64,000 nucleotides of DNA from Candidatus Falkowbacteria bacterium (lineage in GTDB: Bacteria > Patescibacteriota > Patescibacteriia > JAACEG01). The stretch is from positions 36,904-100,903 of the forward strand of contig JABIDK010000002.1 in the NCBI GenBank assembly GCA_018651725.1. Reading direction: 5' to 3'. Position 1 is the stretch's first letter. Every line of letters begins with the position of its first letter. Under the pieces are notes generated by a model that was given only the letters and a program-made list of their open reading frames with translations, had not been told where the DNA came from and made no database searches. This document shows, one piece after another, positions 38,816 to 49,205 of the stretch. The translations under genes and the position numbers were made by a program.

Positions 38816-39652
38816 TTATATTTTTTTATAATACTCTTTTCTTGGGTTTTTGTCAACGAGGTGTTTTAGTTTGTACTTTATGGCATCTTTGAAATGTTGC
38901 CTTAAAACTTTACTTTGAAAAAATTTCATTCCTCCACCAACACTAAGCCTTTCTCCGTCGGCTCGCACAACAGCTTTTGGAAAATATACAACCCTATATT
39001 TATTTTTCCAAGACAAAAAACACAACTCAACATCAGCCATAAACAAAAAATATTTTTCATTAAAGCCACTAAGCTTGTCCCATAACTTTTTTCTAACAAC
39101 AATAAAAGAAGACTGTAGCCAATCAACATCTTGTATTTTCTCATAATCAAGATGCTGCATCTCATCATATTTTACTTTATTCTTTAAAACCCATAAATAG
39201 CGAAAAAAAGTACGCCGCGCTATTTGCAAATATAGCTTTGAAAAAGCTCTGACTGTCATTGCGGTCTTGTTGGTATTATCATTAATTTGTTTTGGACCAA
39301 GTATGCCAATATTTTTATTTTCATCCATATAATTTATTATTTTTTGTAAACTATTTTCGTCATCACAAACAATATCAGGGTTTACAATAAACAAATATTT
39401 GCTATCTGTTTTACGGGCAATATCATTATAAGCCTTTGAGTAACCTTTATTTTTTTTATTTATTATTACTTCAACATTAGATAAATTTTTCAGCTCTTCC
39501 AGTATTTTTGCATTACCCTCATCACAAGAATTATCAACCACAATTATCTCAAAACTAAAATCAGTCTTTTGCTTCAAAAAAGATAAAACATTTTCCTTAA
39601 CTCTTTTAGCCTTAAAATAATCAAGAATAATAATTGTTGCTTTATTTTGCAT
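38816..39652 (-). CDS. Glycosyltransferase family 2
   Basis: ATIIILDYFKAKRV...EIIVVDNSCDEG; DXD-type fold. Confidence 0.8.
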   Translation of the reverse strand: MQNKATIIILDYFKAKRVKENVLSFLKQKTDFSFEIIVVDNSCDEGNAKILEELKNLSNVEVIINKKNKGYSKAYNDIARKTDSKYLFIVNPDIVCDDENSLQKIINYMDENKNIGILGPKQINDNTNKTAMTVRAFSKLYLQIARRTFFRYLWVLKNKVKYDEMQHLDYEKIQDVDWLQSSFIVVRKKLWDKLSGFNEKYFLFMADVELCFLSWKNKYRVVYFPKAVVRADGERLSVGGGMKFFQSKVLRQHFKDAIKYKLKHLVDKNPRKEYYKKI

Positions 39653-40706
39653 ATATTTTTTTAACCACTCTTAAATAAATATTAAACATCGGATTAGCGA
39701 TGTATTTTAATACTGGATTATCGATTTCTTGGAACAATACCCTGCCCTCAAAATTTTTAATAATTTCTTTATCTTTGACTCTTCTAATTTTATTTATTTG
39801 CTTCCGTTTTTTAAAAATTTTCTGCCAAGAAGACGGCTTTAAAAAATAAATATTTGCTTTTAATTTTATCTTGAACCAACCATTAACAATTGAATAAAAA
39901 ATCATTCCCAACTCCATCGCCAGAATGGCCGGTAAAAAAAGTAAAAGAGTTAACAAAGAATAATAATGTAACATCACCAGGTATCGATTTCGCTCCATAT
40001 AATAAAGCATTCTGACGCTGCGACTAAATTCATACTTATGATACATGATAGACTTTGGAGCTAAAACAATTTTATAGCCGGCTAATTTTGCTCGCCATCC
40101 CATCTCAATGTCGTCGTGATACATATAATACTCTTCATCGTAAAATCCAATTTTATCTATTACATCTTTTCGAGTTATAAAACTACATCCACTTGCATAG
40201 CCTTTAATTTCTGGTAAACCATTCATATCTTTATCTTGCTTGCCATAACTATCGGTAAAGCCAAAGCCTAAAAAATGCATAACATTTCCTAAGCTATTTA
40301 TTTTTGGACTATTCCACTCATCTTTATTTTTCGGATACAAAAGCATTTTAGACTGAGCCATTCCTATTTTAGAATTATTTTTAATTGCACCCACTAATTC
40401 TTTTAACCAATCTTTTTGAAACTTAGTATCCATATTAGCCACAACAAAATACTCACAACCATCTTCTATGGCTTTTTTAATCCCTGCATTATTAGCAGCA
40501 GCATAATTACCATTGTCTCGTGGAATAATAATCGTTTCTGGATAAATTTCTTTTAAATAATTTTGAGATTCTTGACTTGACGCATTATCAACAATATAAA
40601 CCATAAAATCAGAATAACCTTGCTCACGCAAACTATCCCGACACTCCTTTAAAAATTTCTTAGCGTAATCTTTATAGTTAATCAAAATTATCCCTGTTTT
40701 TTTCAT
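39642..40706 (-). CDS. Glycosyltransferase family 2 with C-terminal TM segment
   Basis: GIILINYKDYAKKFLKECRDSL...YIVDNASSQES; C-terminal hydrophobic helices. Confidence 0.8.
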   Translation of the reverse strand: MKKTGIILINYKDYAKKFLKECRDSLREQGYSDFMVYIVDNASSQESQNYLKEIYPETIIIPRDNGNYAAANNAGIKKAIEDGCEYFVVANMDTKFQKDWLKELVGAIKNNSKIGMAQSKMLLYPKNKDEWNSPKINSLGNVMHFLGFGFTDSYGKQDKDMNGLPEIKGYASGCSFITRKDVIDKIGFYDEEYYMYHDDIEMGWRAKLAGYKIVLAPKSIMYHKYEFSRSVRMLYYMERNRYLVMLHYYSLLTLLLFLPAILAMELGMIFYSIVNGWFKIKLKANIYFLKPSSWQKIFKKRKQINKIRRVKDKEIIKNFEGRVLFQEIDNPVLKYIANPMFNIYLRVVKKIYAK

Positions 40707-40772
40707 ACTTGCAAGAATATTAATAAACCTGTAATCTAATTATAACAACACTATTTATAATACACAACTACT

Positions 40773-41096
40773 ATGATAGCATTTGAAGATTTTCAAAAAC
40801 TGGACATTAGAATTGGAAAAATAATTTCCGTTGAAAAAGTCCCAGAAACCGACAAGCTAGTAAAATTAATTTTTGACATTGGATCAAAAGAACTACAAAT
40901 CATCGCCGGCATCGCCGAGCACTTTGAAGATCTAGACGAACTAATAGGTAAACAAATGCCTTTGATAATAAACTTAGAACCAAGAAAAATGCGCGGCCTA
41001 GAAAGTCAAGGAATGATCCTGGCCATAGACGACAACGACGGCATGGTATTACTACAACCAGAAAAAGAAGTTAAGTCGGGCAGTAAGGTTCGGTAA
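40773..41096 (+). CDS. tRNA-binding domain protein (CsaA/Trbp111/MetRS-C-like)
   Basis: FQKLDIRIGKIISVEKVPETDKLVKL...LEPRKMRGLESQGMIL, the OB-fold tRNA-binding domain signature. Confidence 0.8.
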   Translation: MIAFEDFQKLDIRIGKIISVEKVPETDKLVKLIFDIGSKELQIIAGIAEHFEDLDELIGKQMPLIINLEPRKMRGLESQGMILAIDDNDGMVLLQPEKEVKSGSKVR

Positions 41097-41108
41097 TCAA
41101 CTTTAAAC

Positions 41109-41146
41109 AAAAAAGTTCGACACTATGGTCGAACTTTTTTTATTTC
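41109..41146. terminator. Bidirectional intrinsic terminator
   Basis: AAAAAAGTTCGACactatgGTCGAACTTTTTTT. Confidence 0.6.
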
Positions 41147-41970
41147 TTAATTTTTGATATTAATATCCCGATTGGCCAGGTTATTTTTAAAATGTAATAC
41201 TGCCAAGCTGGGTGCCATTTTTTGAAATATTTTAGCATTGAATCTCTGAAATATTTTTGCGTTGTTGTTCTTTTGACCTGGGAGAAACTTTTGCCGGTGT
41301 GGTTAATGCATCTTACTTCAGGATTGTACATAATCTTAAAACCGGCTTTTTTAACTTGTTTGCAATAATCAACTTCTTCAAACCAAAGAAAATATTGTTC
41401 ATCCATTTCGCCTACTTTTTCAATTACCTCTCGTTTAATCATAAAAAATGCTCCGCGGATAGAATCAACTTCCGTTTCCTTATCGTAATCAAAATCTTTC
41501 ATTAAATATTTATTTAATACAAAAGGAAACAAATGCGGGACCTTTAGAATAATCATTAACTGATCAAAAAATGTTGGAAATCTTCTGACGTGTGGAACTG
41601 TTTTCTTGTTCTCATCGATTAAACGACAGCCAACTACTCCGGCTTTTTTATCTTGCTTCATCCACTCAACCATTTTTTCGAGTGTTCCGGGCAAGACCTG
41701 CATATCAGGATTAAGTAATAAAACGAGTTTACCTTGAGATTTTTTAATTGCTTGATTGTTGGCCTTAGCAAACCCGGCGTTAAAGTTATTTTCAATTAAT
41801 CTAACTTGTTGAAAGTCTTTTTTTATCATCTCTGCGGTATTATCATGAGAATCATTATCAACTACAAAAACTTCAAAATCTACATTTTGAGTATTATCAT
41901 AAATCGCCTTTAAATTTTCTTTTAACAGTTCTTTAACATTCCAAGAAACTATTACAATTGATAAATCCAT
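41140..41970 (-). CDS. Glycosyltransferase family 2
   Basis: MDLSIVIVSWNVKELLKENLKAIYDNTQNVDFEVFVVDNDSHDNT. Confidence 0.8.
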   Translation of the reverse strand: MDLSIVIVSWNVKELLKENLKAIYDNTQNVDFEVFVVDNDSHDNTAEMIKKDFQQVRLIENNFNAGFAKANNQAIKKSQGKLVLLLNPDMQVLPGTLEKMVEWMKQDKKAGVVGCRLIDENKKTVPHVRRFPTFFDQLMIILKVPHLFPFVLNKYLMKDFDYDKETEVDSIRGAFFMIKREVIEKVGEMDEQYFLWFEEVDYCKQVKKAGFKIMYNPEVRCINHTGKSFSQVKRTTTQKYFRDSMLKYFKKWHPAWQYYILKITWPIGILISKIKK

Positions 41971-41971
41971 G

Positions 41972-42922
41972 TTATTTATATTTTTTTATTTTCTTTCTTA
42001 TTTTCCAAAGTTTTGTTATTTCTTTTAATAAAAATCTTTCAAATAATAAGCTAAAAATTAATGCTTGAATTTCAAATAAAATAATTTTTATTTTGCTGTA
42101 AAAATTTTGTTGTTTCCAATATTTAACAAAAATAATTTGTTGATTTAAAAAAGACCATGCTCTTACTTTTTCACTTTTACTTTTTCGATCCTTAATAACT
42201 TTTAATTTTCCTTGGCCGCTAGATTCTGCTGTCCTATCGTGATAAACTTTTGCTTCGCAAACACACTTAGACTTAAATTCTTTTAAAAATAATCTATAAG
42301 CTAAATCAGCGTCTTCTTTGTACATAAACATTAACTCGTCAAAGTACTGGTCGTCTTGTTTTACTTTTTGCAGAGCACTCAACCGATACATCCCACAAGC
42401 TCCGGTTGGACCAATAATTTTTTTATTACAAAACTTCTCATTATCCTGTTCTCCCTGCCCTACATCAACAAATCTTAAACCAGATTCCATTCCAATTCCA
42501 CAACTATCAATTATATTTGTTTTTCGATTATTATTAAACTCCCATTTCAAAATCTTAGGCGATACAGATGTCAATTTATCATCACTACTTAAAACTTTAA
42601 TCATTTTTTCTAAAACATCCCTCTCCAAAGCAACATCCGGATTCACAACCATAAAATATTCAGCTCCCAAATCAATTGCCTTTTTAATCATCTTATTGTA
42701 AGCTTGCGCAAAACCAATATTTTCTCCTAGCCAATTTAAATTTATATCATTATGATTCTCTTGAACAAATTTTGTGTTCACATTTTCTTTTTCTTCACTA
42801 TTGTCAATTGCTAATGTTTCAAAATCTTGAAAAGTTTGTTTTTTTAGACTATCTAAAAAATACGGCAAATATTTAGCCGTAGATTCTCCATAAGTTATAA
42901 AACCGATAATTAACTTACTCAT
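41972..42922 (-). CDS. Glycosyltransferase family 2 (divergent)
   Basis: LIIGFITYGESTAKYLPYFLDSLKKQT...LAIDNSEEKEN; DADLAYR-type motif. Confidence 0.7.
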   Translation of the reverse strand: MSKLIIGFITYGESTAKYLPYFLDSLKKQTFQDFETLAIDNSEEKENVNTKFVQENHNDINLNWLGENIGFAQAYNKMIKKAIDLGAEYFMVVNPDVALERDVLEKMIKVLSSDDKLTSVSPKILKWEFNNNRKTNIIDSCGIGMESGLRFVDVGQGEQDNEKFCNKKIIGPTGACGMYRLSALQKVKQDDQYFDELMFMYKEDADLAYRLFLKEFKSKCVCEAKVYHDRTAESSGQGKLKVIKDRKSKSEKVRAWSFLNQQIIFVKYWKQQNFYSKIKIILFEIQALIFSLLFERFLLKEITKLWKIRKKIKKYK

Positions 42923-43644
42923 ATAATTAATTTATCCTGTAATTTTTCCTTTGCTAAAATTTGTGCCTCCAAAAGACTGTCGAATGTTCCGGCATCAAGC
43001 CATTCTCCTTTAACCATTGCTACCTCAAGCTCTCCTAGACCTAAATAATAATTATGCAGGTCAGTAATTTCTATTTCTCCTCTTTTGCTTGGTTTAACTT
43101 TTTTAGCTGCTTCTATCACGCGATTATCATAAACATAAAGCCCGGTAATTGCATAATCAGAAATCCATTTTTCAGGTTTTTCCTCTATTTTTATAGCCTT
43201 GTTATCTTTATCAAATTGCACAACGCCAAAACGTTGCGGGTCAGATACTTTTTTAGCGAAAATTTTACCGCCTATTTTAAAACTTTTTATTTCTTCAGCT
43301 AAATTATCTTCAAAAATATTATCGCCTAGAATCATTGTCACATCGTCAGAGCCAATAAAATTTTCTCCAACTATAAAGGCATCAGATAATCCTCGTGGCT
43401 TGTCTTGAATTTCATAGGTAAATCTAACACCAAATTCACTTCCACTTCCAAGTAAATTCAAAAAGTCCCCTGCCCGCTCCGGAGCAACGATAATTAAAAT
43501 ATCTTTAATACCTGCTTGAATCAAAGTATTAAGTGGATAATAAATCATTGGCCGATTATAAACCGGCAAAAGTTGTTTACTGGTTACCTTAGTACAAGGA
43601 CGAAGACGTGTTGCACTTCCACCAGCTAAAATTATTCCCTTCAT
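42919..43644 (-). CDS. rfbA: Glucose-1-phosphate thymidylyltransferase (short form)
   Basis: MKGIILAGGSATRLRPCTKVTSKQLLPVYNRPMIYYPL. Confidence 0.85.
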   Translation of the reverse strand: MKGIILAGGSATRLRPCTKVTSKQLLPVYNRPMIYYPLNTLIQAGIKDILIIVAPERAGDFLNLLGSGSEFGVRFTYEIQDKPRGLSDAFIVGENFIGSDDVTMILGDNIFEDNLAEEIKSFKIGGKIFAKKVSDPQRFGVVQFDKDNKAIKIEEKPEKWISDYAITGLYVYDNRVIEAAKKVKPSKRGEIEITDLHNYYLGLGELEVAMVKGEWLDAGTFDSLLEAQILAKEKLQDKLII

Positions 43645-43656
43645 ACGAATAATAAT

Positions 43657-44511
43657 TTAAGTATTTAAATAATCAACTAATGCTTCTCTGTAATTTCTTA
43701 GTTGAACAAATTTTGTGTTCAGCAACGCTGAATACTTTGGCCTTCTGGCTGGACGAGGAAATTTATCACTGGAAACAGGGTTTATTTTAATATCTTTGTT
43801 TAAAATTTTAAACAACTCTTTAACAGCTTCGTACCATGTTACTTGCCCTTCATTAACTAAATGATAAATCCCATATTCTTGCTTACTTTCAAGTAATTCT
43901 TTAGTTGCTTTTGCTAAATCAGGCGTATAAGTAAAGCAACTCAATTCTTCGTCTACAACATCCAGTTTATCTTTGTCTTGACTAAGTTTAATCATTATAT
44001 CAAAAAAACTTGGTTTAGTTAATTCGCTTTTTCCTTTTGGGCCAAATAACTTTGAAGTTCTAATTATATAATAATCTTTTGCTTTTTCCTGAATCAGTTC
44101 TTCTCCCAGCAATTTGCTTTCCCCGTATTTATTTATCGGGCTTGGTATATCATTTTCTTGATAACCTTCTCTCTGCTGTCCACCAAAAATATAATCTGTT
44201 GAGTAATGAATAAAAATAGCGCTAATGTCTTTTGCAACTTCTGCTAAATATCCAGGCGCTAGTCCGTTAATTTTTTTAGCCAACTCAAACTCTTCTTCAC
44301 TTTCCTCACATCTATCAACTGCATTATAGGCAGCTGAATTAATTATAAAATTTGGTTTTACTTTTTTTATTTTTTCAAAAACCAATTCCTTATCAATCAC
44401 ATCAAAATCATCTCTGTCCCAAGCAATAACCTCATAATTTTCATCACTAAAAATTATTTTTAATTGCTCTCCTAAATTTCCTTTAGCTCCTAAAATTAAA
44501 ACTTTTTGCAT
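43657..44511 (-). CDS. rfbD: dTDP-4-dehydrorhamnose reductase
   Basis: MQKVLILGAKGNLGEQL; Y-x3-K (YGESK); 284 aa. Confidence 0.8.
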   Translation of the reverse strand: MQKVLILGAKGNLGEQLKIIFSDENYEVIAWDRDDFDVIDKELVFEKIKKVKPNFIINSAAYNAVDRCEESEEEFELAKKINGLAPGYLAEVAKDISAIFIHYSTDYIFGGQQREGYQENDIPSPINKYGESKLLGEELIQEKAKDYYIIRTSKLFGPKGKSELTKPSFFDIMIKLSQDKDKLDVVDEELSCFTYTPDLAKATKELLESKQEYGIYHLVNEGQVTWYEAVKELFKILNKDIKINPVSSDKFPRPARRPKYSALLNTKFVQLRNYREALVDYLNT

Positions 44512-44513
44512 AC

Positions 44514-45947
44514 TTAAAACTGTCCGCTATTAACTAAAAAGTGGACAAATATACTGGCGGCATAGCCAAGCGCGATAACCGGAGTCCATTTTAAATGACC
44601 AAAAAAAGTATAGTATTTTTTGGCTTGCCCCATAAGAGCAACACCGGCAGCTGAACCGATTGAAAGCAAACTTCCACCAACTCCGGCTGTTAAAGTAACA
44701 AGTAGCCACTGGCCTTGCGACATATCAGGCATCATACTTAAAACAGCAAACATAACCGGGATATTATCAACAATAGCAGACATTATTCCTACTGCAATAT
44801 TAGCATATGTTGCCCCCCAACCGTCGTAAACTAAATGCGAAGCCATAGACAAATAACCGATAAATCCAAGTCCGCCTACACATAAAATAATGCCGTAAAA
44901 AAACATCAAAGTATCCCACTCTGCTCGTGCAATTTTATCAAAAATATCAAAAGGAGCCACATCACCGATTCTTTCTTCTGCTTTTTCCGGGTCATAGTCT
45001 TCCGGTTTTTTATCTTTATGTGTCTTTTTCAAATAAAACCCAAAGAATTTTAAATAAGCTAGTCCAGTCATCATTCCTAACATTGGCGGTAAATGTAAAA
45101 AATTATGGAAACTAACTGCTGTAGCAATAGTTAAAATAAATAATCCAATAACAATTTTCGCTCCTCTTTTCATGTTTATAACTTCACCATCACTTGTTGG
45201 TTTGGTCTTGGAAACAAAGAAGCTCATAATTATTGCCGGGATAAGCCAATTTACAAGTGAGGGCAGAAACAGTCGAAAGAAATCTTGGAAAGCTACAATT
45301 CCTTTTTGCCAAACCATTAAAGTTGTAATGTCACCAAAAGGACTAAAGGCTCCTCCGGCATTAGCTGCGACTACGATATTAATACAAGCTAGACTAATAA
45401 ATTTTGGCTTTTCTTTCCCAAGAGCCAAAACAACAGCACACATTAAAAGAGCCGTAGTAAGATTATCGGCGATTGGTGAGATAACAAAAGCCAAGGCTCC
45501 TGTAATCCAAAAAAGTTTTCTGTATGAAACGCCCATCCCGACAAGTTTCGCTCGAAGAGATTCAAATACAAGACGCTCTTGCATAGCATTAATATAAGTC
45601 ATTGCAACCAAAAGAAATAAAAACAATTCAGCGTACTCTAAAACATTATGTCGGACCGCTGCTTCGGCTGCGTGCGTAAATCCATGTGAAGCATAAACCC
45701 AAGCAACTCCCGCCCAAATAAGTCCGGCGGCAAGTAAAACAGGTTTTGACTTACGCATATGCGTATATTCCTCTGCCATTACCAATAAATAAGCAATAAC
45801 AAAAACAACTAATGCCCCATAGCCAATCCAATGAGATGTTAAATCCAAATGCTCCCCCGTTACTCCGTCCGAAGCCAGGGCAACAAACGGAAGCAATAAA
45901 ATTCCCAACAACGAAAACACAAAAATACTTTTCAGCTTTTTCAACAT
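44514..45947 (-). CDS. Ion-transporter-superfamily permease (NhaD/ArsB-like)
   Basis: 477 aa with about 12 TM helices and internal repeat-like halves. Family assignment is tentative. Confidence 0.45.
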   Translation of the reverse strand: MLKKLKSIFVFSLLGILLLPFVALASDGVTGEHLDLTSHWIGYGALVVFVIAYLLVMAEEYTHMRKSKPVLLAAGLIWAGVAWVYASHGFTHAAEAAVRHNVLEYAELFLFLLVAMTYINAMQERLVFESLRAKLVGMGVSYRKLFWITGALAFVISPIADNLTTALLMCAVVLALGKEKPKFISLACINIVVAANAGGAFSPFGDITTLMVWQKGIVAFQDFFRLFLPSLVNWLIPAIIMSFFVSKTKPTSDGEVINMKRGAKIVIGLFILTIATAVSFHNFLHLPPMLGMMTGLAYLKFFGFYLKKTHKDKKPEDYDPEKAEERIGDVAPFDIFDKIARAEWDTLMFFYGIILCVGGLGFIGYLSMASHLVYDGWGATYANIAVGIMSAIVDNIPVMFAVLSMMPDMSQGQWLLVTLTAGVGGSLLSIGSAAGVALMGQAKKYYTFFGHLKWTPVIALGYAASIFVHFLVNSGQF

Positions 45948-46071
45948 AAAAAACAGTCTATAAAGTTTACAAAATCATAAGCCTATAAAGTTATTAGACT
46001 TCTAATTTCATAAACTTTCTTAAGTTTACTTATTAAAAATATATTATTCAAAAATTTTAAAACTTAATCAT

Positions 46072-47127
46072 CTATTTTGATTTGCTCCAGTCAATTTGTA
46101 AATTATTTGAACGCTTTAAAATATCTCTCCACCATTTTTCATTATCCATATACCATCGTACTGTCTCTCTAATACCTTTATCAAAATTTATTGTTGGTTT
46201 AAAATTTAACTGTGTTTCGATTTTTTCAGGATTAATTAAATAACGACGATCGTGATTCGGTCTATCTGCAACAAACTCTACCCACTTATCAAAATCCAAA
46301 TTCATTTCTTCTAAAATTATTTTTACAATATCAATATTAGTTACTTCATTTCTGGCTGAAATATCATAAATAGGTAGCTTGGATGCTTGGGTCGCAGCAT
46401 CTTTTCCAAAGCTTGGTCTTTCTTTCATTTGTAAAATTAAATCAATTGCTAAACAATGGTCATAAACATGAAGCCAATCTCTTCTTTGTTTTCCATCTCC
46501 ATAAAGAGCGACTTTCTTTCCTTGTATTAAATTACTAACCGCAAGCGGAATAAGTTTTTCCGGAAATTGATAAGGACCATAATTATTTGCACAATGAGTT
46601 ATACAAATATCCATATCCTCGTATGTCTGCATATAAGCTCTAACCAGCAAATCTCCGGCCGCCTTAGCAGCAGAATAAGGAGTCTTAGCATTAAGAGGGC
46701 TATTTTCTGTAAAATATGGAGTATCCTTCCCTTGCTCTCCATATACTTCAATCGTTGAAATATGTATATGCCTTTTGACGTTAAACTGCCTAGATGCTTC
46801 AAGCAACTGCTGAGCTCCTAAAGCGTTAACTTTTGCAAAAATAGACGGGTCAATAATCGCTCGATCGTTATGACTTTCCGCCGCAAAATTAACTACATTA
46901 TCTATTTCATATTTTTTGTAAATCTCACTAATTTTCTCAAAATCAATTATATCAGCTTTTTCAAAAATAATTTTATTATCTTTTTCAAGACTAGAAATAT
47001 TCTCCATATTAGAATAGGGAGATAAATTGTCAAGAGCGATTACTTTATAGCTAGGGTATTTTTCCACGATAAAATGAGTAAAATTAGACCCAATAAAACC
47101 AGCGGCTCCCGTAATTAAAATTTTCAT
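46072..47127 (-). CDS. rfbB: dTDP-glucose 4,6-dehydratase
   Basis: MKILITGAAGFIGSNF; YSAAKAAGD (YxxxK); 351 aa. Confidence 0.85.
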   Translation of the reverse strand: MKILITGAAGFIGSNFTHFIVEKYPSYKVIALDNLSPYSNMENISSLEKDNKIIFEKADIIDFEKISEIYKKYEIDNVVNFAAESHNDRAIIDPSIFAKVNALGAQQLLEASRQFNVKRHIHISTIEVYGEQGKDTPYFTENSPLNAKTPYSAAKAAGDLLVRAYMQTYEDMDICITHCANNYGPYQFPEKLIPLAVSNLIQGKKVALYGDGKQRRDWLHVYDHCLAIDLILQMKERPSFGKDAATQASKLPIYDISARNEVTNIDIVKIILEEMNLDFDKWVEFVADRPNHDRRYLINPEKIETQLNFKPTINFDKGIRETVRWYMDNEKWWRDILKRSNNLQIDWSKSK

Positions 47128-47130
47128 AGA

Positions 47131-47571
47131 TTATTTTTTGTAATAAATATTTTCTAAAAATTCTTTTTGCTCTATTATTGTATTATCTGGAATCTTTTTA
47201 AAATACTTAAATTCATCGATTTTAGTTTTACTGTTTTTAATTTCTGCTATTATATCTACCTCATACGCAAGACCTATTGGAAAAGAAAAATAATTTTCAT
47301 CAGAAAAATTATATTCAATAATTCCAAGTAATTTTTTACTTCTAACCTCAAAATTTAATTCATTCTTGGCAACACGTTTTACAGAATCCTCTATTTTCTC
47401 GCCCATTAGAACAGTGCCACCAGGTATATGCCAGAGCCCTTTTCTGGGCGGTATAGTCCTCTTAACAAGTAATATGCCATTTTTTGTTTTGATAATAACT
47501 TCAACTGTCAATCTTGGAACACGACTATATATATTTTTAAATTCTTCAAATGGCAAATATTTAACATTCAT
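47131..47571 (-). CDS. Nudix hydrolase
   Basis: Nudix box GGTVLMGEKIEDSVKRVAKNELNFEV. Confidence 0.7.
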   Translation of the reverse strand: MNVKYLPFEEFKNIYSRVPRLTVEVIIKTKNGILLVKRTIPPRKGLWHIPGGTVLMGEKIEDSVKRVAKNELNFEVRSKKLLGIIEYNFSDENYFSFPIGLAYEVDIIAEIKNSKTKIDEFKYFKKIPDNTIIEQKEFLENIYYKK

Positions 47572-47981
47572 ATCTTTATTTTATTAACCGCTTTCTCTGC
47601 TTCGCCCTCATTATACTTTCCCTGCGACCAAAGTTTCAAGCCGTCCCCTTCTTCTCTTGGAATTATATGAAAGTGAAGATGAGGAACAATTTGTCCGGCA
47701 ACTTCTTTGTTATTTATATTGATATTATATCCTTTTACTCCTAAGCCTTCTTTTATTGATTTACCGATTCTTTTTACCACCCTTGCTAAATTACATAATT
47801 CTTCCTCTGAAATATCTTCCATATTTTCATAATGTTTTTTAGGTATTACTAAAGTATGCCCAACATTAACTGGGGCGATATCCAAAAACGCAAAAACATT
47901 ATCATCTTCATAAACTTTATAACTTGGGATCTCTCCGGCAATAATTTTACAAAAAATACAGTCCATAAATTTTACTCCCAT
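47568..47981 (-). CDS. HIT-family (histidine triad) nucleotide hydrolase/transferase
   Basis: CIFCKII...; histidine triad HLHFHIIPR. Confidence 0.85.
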   Translation of the reverse strand: MGVKFMDCIFCKIIAGEIPSYKVYEDDNVFAFLDIAPVNVGHTLVIPKKHYENMEDISEEELCNLARVVKRIGKSIKEGLGVKGYNININNKEVAGQIVPHLHFHIIPREEGDGLKLWSQGKYNEGEAEKAVNKIKI

Positions 47982-48544
47982 TCGGGTTTAAACTTCTTTA
48001 TTAAAATTTTTGTAATAAAAGTTAGAGCAATAAATACACCAAACATTATAAACCATTCTATTATATATTCCGGGCAAAAGAAAAAATTTACAATTATTGC
48101 CAAAAGTAAAGAAATAAAGCAAGAAAACCAATAATCACTTGGCCAATTTCCAATCCATTTTCCATGCCAGAAAATATGGTCGCCCTTAAAATCTTTAATA
48201 GTAAAGAAAGGATTTACTACAAACCATAAATAATCCCAAACAACAACAAAAAGAAAAAATATAGCCCAAACCTTTAGCTCTTCAGCAAAACTCCAAGAAG
48301 CTCCGGAAAAAAACGGCAGATGAAAAATTAAAAATACGAAAGAAAACATAGATAGATGATAGCCGGTCATTTCCTTCCCACTCATAACTTTTTTATAAAA
48401 CTGTGAGTACCATTTATGTTCTTTTGGTCGCCAAGTTGGTAAGTTAACTGCCCACCCTTTTCCGCCTTCAATTTGCACCTCTAAAATAGCAAGCACTAAA
48501 GCCATCACAAAAATATAAATCGGTTTTGCGAATAAATATATCAT
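47972..48544 (-). CDS. Hypothetical Trp/Phe-rich membrane protein
   Basis: 190-aa ORF with 4 hydrophobic helices, many W and F; co-directional. Confidence 0.4.
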   Translation of the reverse strand: MIYLFAKPIYIFVMALVLAILEVQIEGGKGWAVNLPTWRPKEHKWYSQFYKKVMSGKEMTGYHLSMFSFVFLIFHLPFFSGASWSFAEELKVWAIFFLFVVVWDYLWFVVNPFFTIKDFKGDHIFWHGKWIGNWPSDYWFSCFISLLLAIIVNFFFCPEYIIEWFIMFGVFIALTFITKILIKKFKPEWE

Positions 48545-48990
48545 ATCTTGAAAGGTGAATCTTCTTTTTCCTCCCAGCGAATTTCGTCTACTTCTTCTTT
48601 TTTGTCTTTGCCGGCATATAATTTGTCAGGTAAATTAATACACCAACCGTCACAATTTGAAATACATTTATAACCATGGACTACTCCGGGTGGAACAACA
48701 ACGGAAATTAGATTTTTTTCTCCTCCGTTAATTTGCATTTCTTGTTTGTATGTTTTACTTGTCTTTCGATTATCCCACAAATACAATCTAAACTCTCCTG
48801 GGCCAATAAATACAAAAAGATCTGACTGACTGACATGTTCATGCGGACCACGAACAACTCCCGGATGAGTCATGCTAATATAATTCATTTTTAATCTAAA
48901 ATCAGTTTCATCATCACGAAAAATCTCAACAAGCCAACCGCGCTCATCTTTAAATTTTTTTAAATTTTTAATAATAACTCCCTCAATCAT
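48541..48990 (-). CDS. rfbC: dTDP-4-dehydrorhamnose 3,5-epimerase-like cupin (short)
   Basis: DERGWLVEIFR...VVRGPHEH...; 149 aa cupin. Confidence 0.65.
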   Translation of the reverse strand: MIEGVIIKNLKKFKDERGWLVEIFRDDETDFRLKMNYISMTHPGVVRGPHEHVSQSDLFVFIGPGEFRLYLWDNRKTSKTYKQEMQINGGEKNLISVVVPPGVVHGYKCISNCDGWCINLPDKLYAGKDKKEEVDEIRWEEKEDSPFKI

Positions 48991-49202
48991 ATATCAATTT
49001 TAGTGTTTAGATTATTTTTTAATACTACTATAATACCACTAACAATAACGACAATCAAGAGCGCGTTCATATTAACATAAGCTGTTACAAAACGTGGACG
49101 AATTATTTCAATAACAATAAAAATAAAAAAGCTTACAAGTGAAATATAAAAAACATCCTGTAAAATATCCAATGTAAATTTTTTAAATTCAGCATTTAAC
49201 AT
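48987..49202 (-). CDS. Hypothetical small 2-TM membrane protein
   Basis: 71-aa ORF, translationally coupled to neighbours. Confidence 0.3.
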   Translation of the reverse strand: MLNAEFKKFTLDILQDVFYISLVSFFIFIVIEIIRPRFVTAYVNMNALLIVVIVSGIIVVLKNNLNTKIDI

Positions 49203-49205
49203 AAA

